Part shown: positions 28,790 through 37,450 of the stretch, in pieces
How positions within the stretch are numbered: position 1 is the stretch's first letter
Layout: every line of letters begins with the position of its first letter
The notes under the pieces: generated by a model
Database searches by the model: none
What the model was told of the DNA's origin: nothing
Seen by the model: only the letters and a program-made list of their open reading frames with translations
From: Patescibacteria group bacterium
GTDB lineage: Bacteria > Patescibacteriota > Gracilibacteria > UBA1369 > PNNO01
NCBI GenBank assembly: GCA_042568575.1
Contig: JBHPIO010000001.1
Location: 128,001 to 192,000, forward strand
Length of the DNA stretch: 64,000 bases
Reading direction: 5' to 3'
Translations under genes and position numbers: made by a program

Positions 28790-28879
28790 GGGCAAGTGGC
28801 GGAATTGGTAGACGCGCTAGGTTGAGGGCCTAGTCTCCATTATTTGGAGGTGGAGGTTCAAGTCCTCTCTTGCCCACCA
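28790..28879 (+). tRNA. tRNA-Leu(GAG)
   Basis: Acceptor GGGCAAG/CTTGCCC + ACCA, D-loop GGAATTGGTAGAC, anticodon arm CTAGG-TTGAGGG-CCTAG, long variable arm, T-loop TTCAAGT. Confidence 0.96.
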
Positions 28880-30870
28880 TTTTCTTCATCTACAATCTCC
28901 GGAACAGACTCCTTTTGTTCCTCAAAAATGCTTCTAAACTCATCATACATCAAACGAATCTCATTATCATTTGGAGCGATCTCTTTAATCAAGGAAGTAT
29001 ACATATCTTCAGCATGGAGATGATTATCAGAGTTCGTTAGCAAATATGGATTATTCTCAAGTAATTCAGAATATAATAAAAGTCTTTCTTTTAAATCATC
29101 AACATCATCCTGATTAAGCACTCCAATATGCCATTTAGAAAGCATCAAATTATGATAATATTCTAAATGATTGTGAGGATCGATAGACAGGGCTTTCTCA
29201 AAAATTTCTTTTGCTTTTTCATAATAACCAAGTTCATATAGCGCCTCCCCATAAGCATTCCAGGTTCTGTCGCTATGTGGCGAGAAATCAATAGCTTTTT
29301 CGGCAGCTTCAATCCACAATCCTTCGCCTTTCTTGGTAAGCTCCCCATCCAGATACATGATTTTGTACATATTGGCACTTTGAATTTGGAAATCTTCTTT
29401 AAACCATTTTGCATCTGCTGCTTTTTCATAATATTCAGCGGCTTTTTCAAAGTCTTTGTTAGCCTGTGCAATTCTAGCTTTTTTAACCCAAGTATCAGCG
29501 CTATACTCATGAATCGAAACAACTGATATTACCATCAAAAACAGTGTCATAGCAGTAATTGTAAGTACCTGCCAACTCTTTGAAATCTTCTTTTTTGTGA
29601 CTGGAAGTCGAGAAATAAACAAAGCTGTAAATAAACCAAGAATCGTGATATTCAAAACAAAATTTACATTGTGATCCATTGAGTTCTGAATTACACCTGC
29701 CAGAAGAATAAATCCCAAAGTCCCAACATAATACTTCTGTTCGATATTATGCTGTTGCTTTAAATAGAAATAACCCACGAAAATAATAAATAGTGCAGCA
29801 AAGATAGCAGACGGGATACCCGTCTCGCTTGCTATTCTAATAGCAAAATTATGCGGATTTGTCGCCAATAACGGAGCTTTCTGGTATTTAGGATAGAAAA
29901 ACCGAAAATTATCAGCCCCAATTCCAAAAATCGGATAATCCAAACTAAGTTTCATCCCTGCACTCTGATAATCGAACCTATCAAAAAACGAAGTGGTGTT
30001 CTCGGAAGCATCTAGATCCAAACGCTCCTCAAAATCACTAATCTCATATTGGTAACTTCTTGCTAAGTTTATAAACGATATACTTACAAAACTTACAAGG
30101 AAAATTACAAGCAAAGCTCTGATTGCTTTTCCTCTAAAAAAATCTTTACCCTTTAAGGCATTCTGAAGTTGCACCCCAATAAAAACAAGTGAAAGCACAA
30201 GCAGTGCGATTAGGGAGGAACGCGAGAACGCAAGGAAGAAGGCGGAAAAAATTACTATCGAGCTAATATAAAAATAAAGTTTATGTACTGTTATTTGCCG
30301 AGAAGATGCCTGATTAAACAAATAAAGAATCTGAATTGGAATAATCAGTATGAGGAAAAATGCAAATGCATTTGGAAAAAGTTGTTTAGTTTGTCCAACA
30401 TTAGCAACAAAGGGACCAATAACTCGATCAAAAGGAAAATAGATATATCTATAGATTCCATATAGGGAAAACAAAAACGCAACAACACATAGACAGCGGA
30501 AAATACATCTTAGATGAACTTTTCCCCACGGAATTGTGACACTTCCTAATATCACAAAATTCATTGAAAAAAACAGGATAAGATCTTTAAATCCAAACGG
30601 ACTAAAAGGAGGGACAAAATAACCGATAAATACAAAAAGCGCCCAAGTAAAAAGCGCTATAAGGGCGGGATTGTATGTTTTTACTAGTTTCCAATTCTTA
30701 TTTGGAATAAGAAGCCAAAACGCAAAAAGTGGAATTGTCGCAAATGCCCATAGAGAAACAGAATAGAAAGTATATCCGGCATCAACAAAAGTTGCTAAAA
30801 CAGCCGAAGCAATCAAAGTTAGTATATACAAATAAACTGCTTTTTGTTGAAGTAATTTCAGGTATTTCAT
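28858..30870 (-). CDS. O-antigen ligase (Wzy_C)-family membrane protein with C-terminal TPR repeats
   Basis: About 12 TM segments; FPNAFA, FSRSS, PIFGIGADNF, NPHNFAIRIASETGI; TPR-like WNAYGEALYELGYYEKAKEIFEKALSIDP. Confidence 0.85.
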   Translation of the reverse strand: MKYLKLLQQKAVYLYILTLIASAVLATFVDAGYTFYSVSLWAFATIPLFAFWLLIPNKNWKLVKTYNPALIALFTWALFVFIGYFVPPFSPFGFKDLILFFSMNFVILGSVTIPWGKVHLRCIFRCLCVVAFLFSLYGIYRYIYFPFDRVIGPFVANVGQTKQLFPNAFAFFLILIIPIQILYLFNQASSRQITVHKLYFYISSIVIFSAFFLAFSRSSLIALLVLSLVFIGVQLQNALKGKDFFRGKAIRALLVIFLVSFVSISFINLARSYQYEISDFEERLDLDASENTTSFFDRFDYQSAGMKLSLDYPIFGIGADNFRFFYPKYQKAPLLATNPHNFAIRIASETGIPSAIFAALFIIFVGYFYLKQQHNIEQKYYVGTLGFILLAGVIQNSMDHNVNFVLNITILGLFTALFISRLPVTKKKISKSWQVLTITAMTLFLMVISVVSIHEYSADTWVKKARIAQANKDFEKAAEYYEKAADAKWFKEDFQIQSANMYKIMYLDGELTKKGEGLWIEAAEKAIDFSPHSDRTWNAYGEALYELGYYEKAKEIFEKALSIDPHNHLEYYHNLMLSKWHIGVLNQDDVDDLKERLLLYSELLENNPYLLTNSDNHLHAEDMYTSLIKEIAPNDNEIRLMYDEFRSIFEEQKESVPEIVDEENGGQERT

Positions 30871-30979
30871 TGTATCCGCATTGTAGCAAAATTACACTTT
30901 GGCAACAATTTTATATTGCAACAATCGCTGAAAAATGATAAAAAAGATCGTGCAACTTCAGAAACTTGAAATTGATCAT

Positions 30980-31056
30980 GGGCGATTAGCTCAGTTGGCT
31001 AGAGCACCTGGTTTACACCCAGGGGGTCGTAGGTTCGAATCCTACATCGCCCACCA
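30980..31056 (+). tRNA. tRNA-Val(TAC)
   Basis: GGGCGAT/ATCGCCC + ACCA, anticodon arm CCTGG-TTTACAC-CCAGG, T arm GTAGG-TTCGAAT-CCTAC. Confidence 0.97.
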
Positions 31057-31120
31057 AAAAAAGTTCACAAAGTAGAAAAAGTTGTTTCTGCTTTTTTTGA
31101 TATACGCAAATTTATTTTCA

Positions 31121-31150
31121 TGGAGCTCATTAATAAACGAAGTGCGAACT
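31121..31150 (+). repeat. att-like site 1: TGGAGCTC-ATTAATAAACGAAGTG-CGAACT
   Basis: Right arm nearly identical to site 2; the ~60-bp left flank (31058-31120) is repeated before site 4. Confidence 0.8.
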
Positions 31151-31246
31151 GGTAATGCAATATAATAGCTCCGAACAACGTATGAAATTCGAACCAATTT
31201 TTTCCAAAATAAAGTCTATAAAATGGGAATATGTTAAAATATTTCC

Positions 31247-32428
31247 ATGAGCTTAAAAAAGTACAACATCAAATCCAAGAATATTCCAATAATGTACGCG
31301 ACTACAGTAATTGGGGGTATGCTGTTCTTTCTACCTGTAATTGCACTTTATTATGAAGAAACTCTTTTTTCAGTTACTAATGTTGCATTAATTTTTGCTG
31401 TTGAATATTTTGCTTCAGTGATTTTTGAAGTTCCAACAGGTGCAATTGCTGACCTTTTTGGAAGAAGAAAAACAATTATTTTAGATCATTTTATAACTTT
31501 AATAGCTTTAGTATTTTTATTTATTGGAGGGAGTATGACAATGTTCATACTTTATGCAGTTTTTAATGCTCTAGCAATGAGTCTTGCTAGTGGAACAGAT
31601 AGCGCACTCATTTACGATTCACTAAAAGAAGAAGGTAAAGAAAAACACTATAAAAAAATTATTGGTACTTATCATGCATTGTGGCCTTTAGGTGCTTCAA
31701 TAGGATCAATAATAGGTGGATATTTAGCAGCAGTATCTTTAAATTTTCCAGTTTTGATTACATTTATTCCAATTACAATTGCTCTAATTTTCACTTTCTT
31801 CCTTAAAGAACCTAAATATGAAAAAGAGGGACATAAAAATATTTTTAAACAAATGTTTCATTCTTCAAAATTTATACTCAATAATGGTCAAATAATTATT
31901 TTGATATTAGCCGGATTTTTATTCTTTGGATTTGGAGAATCAATGCATCATTTAAGTCCTTTATTTTTCAAATTTCATGAAATCCCTATAATTTATTTTG
32001 GTTATATAGTAGCTGCTTCATTTGCATTTTCTTCATTAGGTCATTACTTTTCGCATGATGTTTCTGAATTTCTCGGAGATAAAAAAGCCTTAATTGCTGC
32101 TGCTTGCCTTTCTCCTGTATTTGTAATACTTGCAACATTTAATACAGGAATTACCGTTGCCATATTATTTATAATTCCATCAATCTTTTTTGGAATCAGA
32201 AATCCAATTATTGATAATTATATAAATTTGGAAGTCACCTCAAGTAAAAGAGCTACTGTTTTATCAATAAATAATTTATTAAATAGTTTTGGATTTGTTT
32301 TTATAGCTCCTTTAGTCGGATATCTCGCCGAACTCTACACTATAAATATGGCTTTTAGAATAAGTGCTGGATTTGTTGTACTAAGAGTGTTTGTATATTT
32401 ACTTTTAAAAGATAAGGAAACGGCTTAA
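31247..32428 (+). CDS. MFS transporter
   Basis: FEVPTGAIADLFGRRKT (MFS motif A), SGTDSALIYDSL, about 12 TM segments. Confidence 0.92.
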   Translation: MSLKKYNIKSKNIPIMYATTVIGGMLFFLPVIALYYEETLFSVTNVALIFAVEYFASVIFEVPTGAIADLFGRRKTIILDHFITLIALVFLFIGGSMTMFILYAVFNALAMSLASGTDSALIYDSLKEEGKEKHYKKIIGTYHALWPLGASIGSIIGGYLAAVSLNFPVLITFIPITIALIFTFFLKEPKYEKEGHKNIFKQMFHSSKFILNNGQIIILILAGFLFFGFGESMHHLSPLFFKFHEIPIIYFGYIVAASFAFSSLGHYFSHDVSEFLGDKKALIAAACLSPVFVILATFNTGITVAILFIIPSIFFGIRNPIIDNYINLEVTSSKRATVLSINNLLNSFGFVFIAPLVGYLAELYTINMAFRISAGFVVLRVFVYLLLKDKETA

Positions 32429-32444
32429 GCAAGCCATAAATCCT

Positions 32445-32474
32445 TGGAGCTCCTTATGGAACGAAGTGCGAACT
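32445..32474 (+). repeat. att-like site 2: TGGAGCTC-CTTATGGAACGAAGTG-CGAACT
   Basis: 16 nt after the MFS stop; left flank CGGCT..CAAGCCAT shared with site 3. Confidence 0.8.
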
Positions 32475-32535
32475 AGAGGAATAATTTGACATATTTTCTT
32501 TTTCTTGTAGTATTGATCCCCATTATTATATATGT

Positions 32536-33276
32536 ATGGAATCAAAAAAACTATATGTCATTTCATCCTTACATCAAGCAGAAGGGCAATCTTGGGAAAC
32601 TATTGATAAAATTGAAAATATCCGTGAAATAAGGATGCTAGTTATTGAAGCTATAGCACGGACTATTCAAACGGGTGGTATTTTTATTGATGGATCAACT
32701 GCAAAAGATGCTACTGAAGATAATAAGATTATTGATGAAGAAAGTTTAGATGACATTAAATCAAGAAACAGTATAGCTTTTGCAATGAGATATATAGATC
32801 CAAAGAAATTTGATATTGGTAAAACATATGAATTATTTAAATGTTTAAGGCAAGATGGTTTAAAATTCGAATTTAAACATACTGAAGATTGTGAGATGAG
32901 TGAAGTTATGGAATTTTATAGACCTTTGATTGAAGCTGATCCTGAATTCCAAGAATTTATTAAAACATGCAAATCTCAAGAAGAGTTTAGTGAATTTATT
33001 TTTAAAAAATTTCTTGAACTACGAGACAAGAGGATAATAAACAATATAATTACGAATGGCGAAGATGAGAATATACTTTTTATAGGATCCGATCATGAAT
33101 TAGCAGATTTAGAAGCATCGCAATTAGACTTTTATAGAGTAGAGGTTTCTATGAATGTTGAAACAGTTTTAATTACAGGAAAGCTTCCTGTAAAATTTGA
33201 AAGTAATTTAAGAAAATTTGTTACTGAAATGACAGATGAAGGGGGAAAAGTGGAAATAGACATTAGATACATTTAA
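32536..33276 (+). CDS. Acidic hypothetical protein (possible TraB/EreA/ChaN-superfamily-like RD...GxxH motif)
   Basis: 246-aa ORF with own promoter TTGACA-16-TAGTAT (32486-32513); LRDKRIINNII...ILFIGSDH. Confidence 0.7.
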   Translation: MESKKLYVISSLHQAEGQSWETIDKIENIREIRMLVIEAIARTIQTGGIFIDGSTAKDATEDNKIIDEESLDDIKSRNSIAFAMRYIDPKKFDIGKTYELFKCLRQDGLKFEFKHTEDCEMSEVMEFYRPLIEADPEFQEFIKTCKSQEEFSEFIFKKFLELRDKRIINNIITNGEDENILFIGSDHELADLEASQLDFYRVEVSMNVETVLITGKLPVKFESNLRKFVTEMTDEGGKVEIDIRYI

Positions 33277-33312
33277 CCGTTTTCGGCTCATACAAGCCAT
33301 TTCTCAAGGTCC

Positions 33313-33398
33313 TGGAGCTCCTTACTGGAATTGAACTAACTAAATTATTTCACCCATTTCCAACCGAAACCCTATTTTTCCGCATAAACCAAAGCACA
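33313..33398 (+). repeat. att-like site 3 (antisense tRNA-3'-end-like) plus ~60-bp right flank shared with site 5
   Basis: TGGAGCTCCTTACTGGAATTGAAC...CCATTTCCAACCGAAACCCTATTTTTCCGCATAAACCAAAGCACA. Confidence 0.8.
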
Positions 33399-33429
33399 AA
33401 CAAAAAATAAGTTTTTAACAAGAAGGTGG

Positions 33430-33479
33430 TTGACTCTATTTTAAATATATTGTATAATATATGTAGTGATCATTGAAAA
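33430..33479 (+). promoter_or_regulatory. Promoter TTGACT-17-TATAAT followed by boxA-like TGATCATTGAAAA
   Basis: The boxA-like motif differs at one base from TGATCCTTGAAAA in the 23S rRNA leader of this window. Confidence 0.65.
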
Positions 33480-33762
33480 ATATATGAAACTTGGAGCGCA
33501 AATGGTGATAAATTTGAAATTATTTATCTCTAATTGTGCCTCAAGTTTTGAATAGCAAGAATAGGCCTGGTTATAAACTTTCCCAAAGGTTTATAGTCAC
33601 TGTAAACTCGTTCTAAACGGGCTTGGTGTTTAGAGAAAAGTAACAGACAGATTATAAGTTAAGGTGACTTAATTTACAGGAAATTAGTTCAGTGATGTAT
33701 TAATTTTTACTTTAAACTCTTATCTGCTGCCGAAAGTGCTATTTGAAACTTGGGGCTTTTTT
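33465..33762 (+). ncRNA. Candidate ~300-nt structured non-coding RNA of unknown family
   Basis: 20-bp closing stem 33538-33557/33737-33756 (3 G-U pairs) followed by T6; internal hairpins; no ORF of 60 aa or more. Confidence 0.55.
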
Positions 33763-34073
33763 GTATGACCTTATTTCCAAGCACAAACAAAAAATAAGTT
33801 AAAACAGGCTTGTTACCATGCTTAAGCATGCGTATGAGTGCGAAGCACGAATCGGATGATTAAGTACAACGTAGCGAAGCGGAGTGTTTTAAGGTTGTGC
33901 AAATTTATCTCGAGGCCGAAGGCCGAGAGAACCTTTTCGTTCTGCAACGAAGGGCAAATCGTTAGATTTTATTTGCAAATTTGAGCAAAACCCTATTGCA
34001 TAAAAAGTTCACAAAGTTGAAAAAGTAGAAAAAGTTGGTTTTGCTTTTTTTTATATTCATAGATTTATTAGCT

Positions 34074-34103
34074 TGGAGCTCCCTTCTGGACGTTAATCGA
34101 ACC
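34074..34103 (+). repeat. att-like site 4: TGGAGCTC-CCTTCTGGACGTTAAT-CGAACC
   Basis: Preceded (34002-34073) by a diverged copy of the tRNA-Val 3' trailer and terminator that precede site 1. Confidence 0.8.
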
Positions 34104-34288
34104 TCTCAAAAAAATTAGTATTTTTAATTAAGGACTTTTCTAAATTTAAAACAGACTTATAAGTCAGAAAAATACCATCTGGTTCTTATTTTATTATTCC
34201 AAGCAATACCAGATGATTTACAAAATAAATTTTTTCTGATATAATAAACAGATTCTTGGAACGAATACAAAAAATAGAATTAAAACAA

Positions 34289-35356
34289 ATGGTTAAAAAA
34301 CCAAAAAAAATCGTTCCAGTAAAGAAAGTAAAAAAAAGGATTAAGAAAAGAAAATCTTTAAATTTTTTAAATAAATCAAAACATAATCCAATAATCGAAC
34401 CCATAAAAGAAAATGGCTGGGAATCTTGGCAAACTTTTAATCCGGGTGTAATTCAAATTGATAATAAAGTATATTTTATTTATAGAGCAATTGGTGAAGA
34501 TGGAGTTTCCCGTTTTGGTTTTGCCGTATCCAATGATGGATTTGTTATTGAAGATCGTCTGCCTTATCCAATTTATGAACATAAAACAAATGAAAGCAAA
34601 TTTTATTATTATTCGTATCTATCAGGTGGCAGCTTTGGTGGATGCGAAGATCCCCGACTTGTGCAAATAGAAGGTGAAGATGAATTATATATATCTTATA
34701 CTGCATGTGACAACGGTTTACGAATGGCTTTAAATTCAATTAAAATCGATGATTTTGAAAATCAGAAATGGAAATGGAAAGAATCTAAACTAATTTCACC
34801 ACCACAGGAAGTTCACAAAAATTGGCTTATTTTCCCCGAAAAAATCAATGGGAAATATGCGCTTCTCCATAGTATTAAACCGGATATTCAAATAGAATAC
34901 ATGGAGGATTTAGAATTTAATAATGATTCATTTATTGAAAGTATATATAAGGCTGGTCCCCAAAAAGGATGTTGGGAAAAATGGGTAAGAGGTGCTGGTC
35001 CCCCACCAATAAAGACTAAAGATGGGTGGCTATTATTTTATCATGCCATGGACGACGACTTTAGTAAGTACAAACTTGGTGTTATGCTGCTTGACCTTAA
35101 AGATCCCACCAAAGTTTTATATCGGGCAAAAGAACCTATTTTAGAACCAAATGAGACTTATGAAAATTGCGGTTACAAATCCGGGGTTATTTATGCTTCC
35201 GGCACTATTGTAAAAGATGGCAATTTACTTGTATATTATGGTGGAGCTGATAGTTATGTTTGTGTAGCTTATGCACCACTTGGTAAATTTCTTAAAGCTT
35301 TGAAAGAAAATTCACATCCAGTCCTCAAAACGAAAAAATTAAGAACTAAAAAATAA
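34289..35356 (+). CDS. GH130-like glycosidase/mannoside phosphorylase (five-bladed beta-propeller)
   Basis: NPII.P...WES..TFNPG, GCEDPRL, KNWLIFPEKINGKY, GAGPPPIKTKDGWLLFYH, VYYGGADS. Confidence 0.88.
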   Translation: MVKKPKKIVPVKKVKKRIKKRKSLNFLNKSKHNPIIEPIKENGWESWQTFNPGVIQIDNKVYFIYRAIGEDGVSRFGFAVSNDGFVIEDRLPYPIYEHKTNESKFYYYSYLSGGSFGGCEDPRLVQIEGEDELYISYTACDNGLRMALNSIKIDDFENQKWKWKESKLISPPQEVHKNWLIFPEKINGKYALLHSIKPDIQIEYMEDLEFNNDSFIESIYKAGPQKGCWEKWVRGAGPPPIKTKDGWLLFYHAMDDDFSKYKLGVMLLDLKDPTKVLYRAKEPILEPNETYENCGYKSGVIYASGTIVKDGNLLVYYGGADSYVCVAYAPLGKFLKALKENSHPVLKTKKLRTKK

Positions 35357-35360
35357 TTTT

Positions 35361-37277
35361 ATGCTTGCTGAACGCTCTGAATCAAATCCAATTTTAAAAC
35401 CTGATATTACTCATTCCTGGGAAGCAGAAGCTGTTTTTAATGGTTGCCCTATTAAAAAGGACGGGAAAACTTATTTTGTTTATCGTGCAACTTCTCTTCC
35501 TCATTTCCATAAGTTAGCTAATTCGCTACTTAAAGTATCAAATATAGGGATTGCAGAAAGTGACGATGGTGTTAATTTTGAAAACCGTAAATGTTTTATT
35601 TCTCCCGAACATTCCTGGGAAAAATTCGGATGTGAAGATCCAAGAATTACTAAACTGGGAGCAAAATATTTTATTTTTTATACAGCTCTTAGTACCTACC
35701 CTTTCAATGCTGAAGGTATAAAAGTAGGAGTCGCTATTAGTAAAGATCTAAAAACAATTGAAAAAAAACATCTTGTCACACCTTTTAATGCTAAAGGTAT
35801 GGCTCTTTTCCCAGAGAAAATTAATGGTAAAATCTGGTCAATTTTAACAGTTAACACCGATTCACCTCCATCGAAAATATGTCTAGCATCCTTTAATAAT
35901 GAAGAAGAGATATGGAGTAAATCATATTGGGATGAATGGTATGAAAATTTTGAAAATCATTCACTCCCTTTTGTTAGAAGCCCTCAAGACCTTGTTGAAG
36001 TAGGTGCCCCGCCAATTAAAACAGCAAAAGGCTGGCTTATAATATATTCCTATATTAAAAATTATTTTTCAAATAATCCGCTTTTTGGAATTGAAGCAGT
36101 TCTTCTTGATCTTAAAGATCCTTTAACAATTATTGGTAAAACTACTGAGCCTTTTTTAACACCTGAGGAATATTATGAAAAAATTGGAATTGTCCCAAAT
36201 ATTGTATTCCCCACGGGTGCATTGTTAGAAAAGAACAATATAAACCTTTATTACGGTGCAGCTGATACAACTTGTTGTTTAGCAGTTATTAACAAAAAAG
36301 CCTTACTAAATAAATTATTAAAAAAAGGAATATCAGGAAAATTAATAAGATCTAAGAACAATCCTATAATTGTTCCAGACGAAACCCATCCATGGGAATC
36401 AAAAGCTACATTTAATCCTGCGGCACTTTGCATAGATGGTAAAGTGCATCTAATCTATCGGGCTTTATCTGGAGACAATACATCTGCTTTGGGATATGCA
36501 ACCAGTAGTGATGGATATAATATCGACTATCGCAGCGAAAATCCTGTTTTTATCCCCATGGAACCTTTTGAGCTAAAAAAATCACCTGGAAATAATTCCG
36601 GTTGTGAAGATCCCCGTCTTACATTAATTGGGGATACCATTTATATGCTTTATACTGCTTTTGACGGTGTGAATTTGCCTCGAGTAGCATTCACTTCAAT
36701 TTCAGTAAAAAATTTTATTGATCAAAAATGGAATTGGGAAAAACCGGTTTTAATAACACCTCCTTATTTGGATGATAAAGATGCATGCCTGTTTCCCGAA
36801 AAATTTAATGGAAAACATATAATTATACATAGATATGGTGATGATATGGATCTAGCTTTCCCCTCGGATTTAAATTTTGATGGTAAAACCTGGATTGAAG
36901 AATATAGATGGCTTTCTCCCAGAGCCGGTATGTGGGATAGTAAAAAAGTTGGAGTTTCAGCTCCCCCAATAAAAACTAAAAAAGGATGGATTCTTTTTTA
37001 TCATGGGGTCTCCGATGATTCGTGTTATCGATTGGGTGCTGTACTGCTTGATCTAAAAGATCCGGTTAAAATTATCGCAAGGTCAGATGATCCAATTCTT
37101 GAACCGGAAATGTATTATGAAAAAGAAGGTATTGTAAAAAATGTAGTATTCCCGTGCGGCGCAGTTTTGAAAGATGATAAAATATTCGTTTATTATGGAG
37201 GGGCTGATAAAGTTACAGGTGTTGCAACTATTAAACTGGAAAAACTCCTAAAGCATCTGAAAGCATGTAAAAGTTAA
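35361..37277 (+). CDS. Tandem double-domain GH130-like glycosidase
   Basis: Two full sets of FN.., GCEDPR, FPEK.NGK, PPIKT.KGW, N.VFP.GA and YYG.AD motifs. Confidence 0.88.
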   Translation: MLAERSESNPILKPDITHSWEAEAVFNGCPIKKDGKTYFVYRATSLPHFHKLANSLLKVSNIGIAESDDGVNFENRKCFISPEHSWEKFGCEDPRITKLGAKYFIFYTALSTYPFNAEGIKVGVAISKDLKTIEKKHLVTPFNAKGMALFPEKINGKIWSILTVNTDSPPSKICLASFNNEEEIWSKSYWDEWYENFENHSLPFVRSPQDLVEVGAPPIKTAKGWLIIYSYIKNYFSNNPLFGIEAVLLDLKDPLTIIGKTTEPFLTPEEYYEKIGIVPNIVFPTGALLEKNNINLYYGAADTTCCLAVINKKALLNKLLKKGISGKLIRSKNNPIIVPDETHPWESKATFNPAALCIDGKVHLIYRALSGDNTSALGYATSSDGYNIDYRSENPVFIPMEPFELKKSPGNNSGCEDPRLTLIGDTIYMLYTAFDGVNLPRVAFTSISVKNFIDQKWNWEKPVLITPPYLDDKDACLFPEKFNGKHIIIHRYGDDMDLAFPSDLNFDGKTWIEEYRWLSPRAGMWDSKKVGVSAPPIKTKKGWILFYHGVSDDSCYRLGAVLLDLKDPVKIIARSDDPILEPEMYYEKEGIVKNVVFPCGAVLKDDKIFVYYGGADKVTGVATIKLEKLLKHLKACKS

Positions 37278-37288
37278 TGTTTTTTCAA

Positions 37289-37370
37289 TGGAGCTCCCTC
37301 CTGGGATCGAACTGACTTTCATTATCCATTTTCAACCAGAACCCTGTTTTTCCGCATAAACCAAAGTACA
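37289..37370 (+). repeat. att-like site 5 (antisense tRNA-3'-end-like) plus right flank shared with site 3
   Basis: Reverse complement reads G-TTCGATC-CCAGG-AGGGAGC-T-CCA; 11 nt after the GH130 stop. Confidence 0.8.
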
Positions 37371-37450
37371 CTCCGTCGTACTTGACTATCCGATTCTCTA
37401 TGCTCATCGCATGTTTAGCATCATACGCAGATTCAAGTACAAACAGAAAC

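Larger units (their letters stand above)
33392..33800. repeat. Perfect 22-bp direct repeat AAGCACAAACAAAAAATAAGTT (33392-33413 and 33779-33800)
   Basis: Both copies read directly from the sequence; they bracket a promoter and a structured RNA. Confidence 0.85.
31057..37370 (+). mobile_element. tRNA-Val-adjacent island organised as an array of cargo modules separated by repeated att-like sites; no recombinase gene
   Basis: Five TGGAGCTC..GAAC sites, shared left and right arms, AT-rich co-oriented cargo genes. Confidence 0.7.

Noticed and set aside
30902-30925. GCAACAAT direct repeat upstream of tRNA-Val as an operator
   Set aside because: Only two 8-mers in AT-rich DNA and no candidate regulator; insufficient evidence.
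31121-37370. Repeated TGGAGCTC sites as a CRISPR array, attC integron or Xer/dif modules
   Set aside because: Spacing is 0.8-3.2 kb and irregular with no cas genes. There is no RYYYAAC/GTTRRRY palindromic attC structure or intI gene, and no paired XerC/XerD arms.
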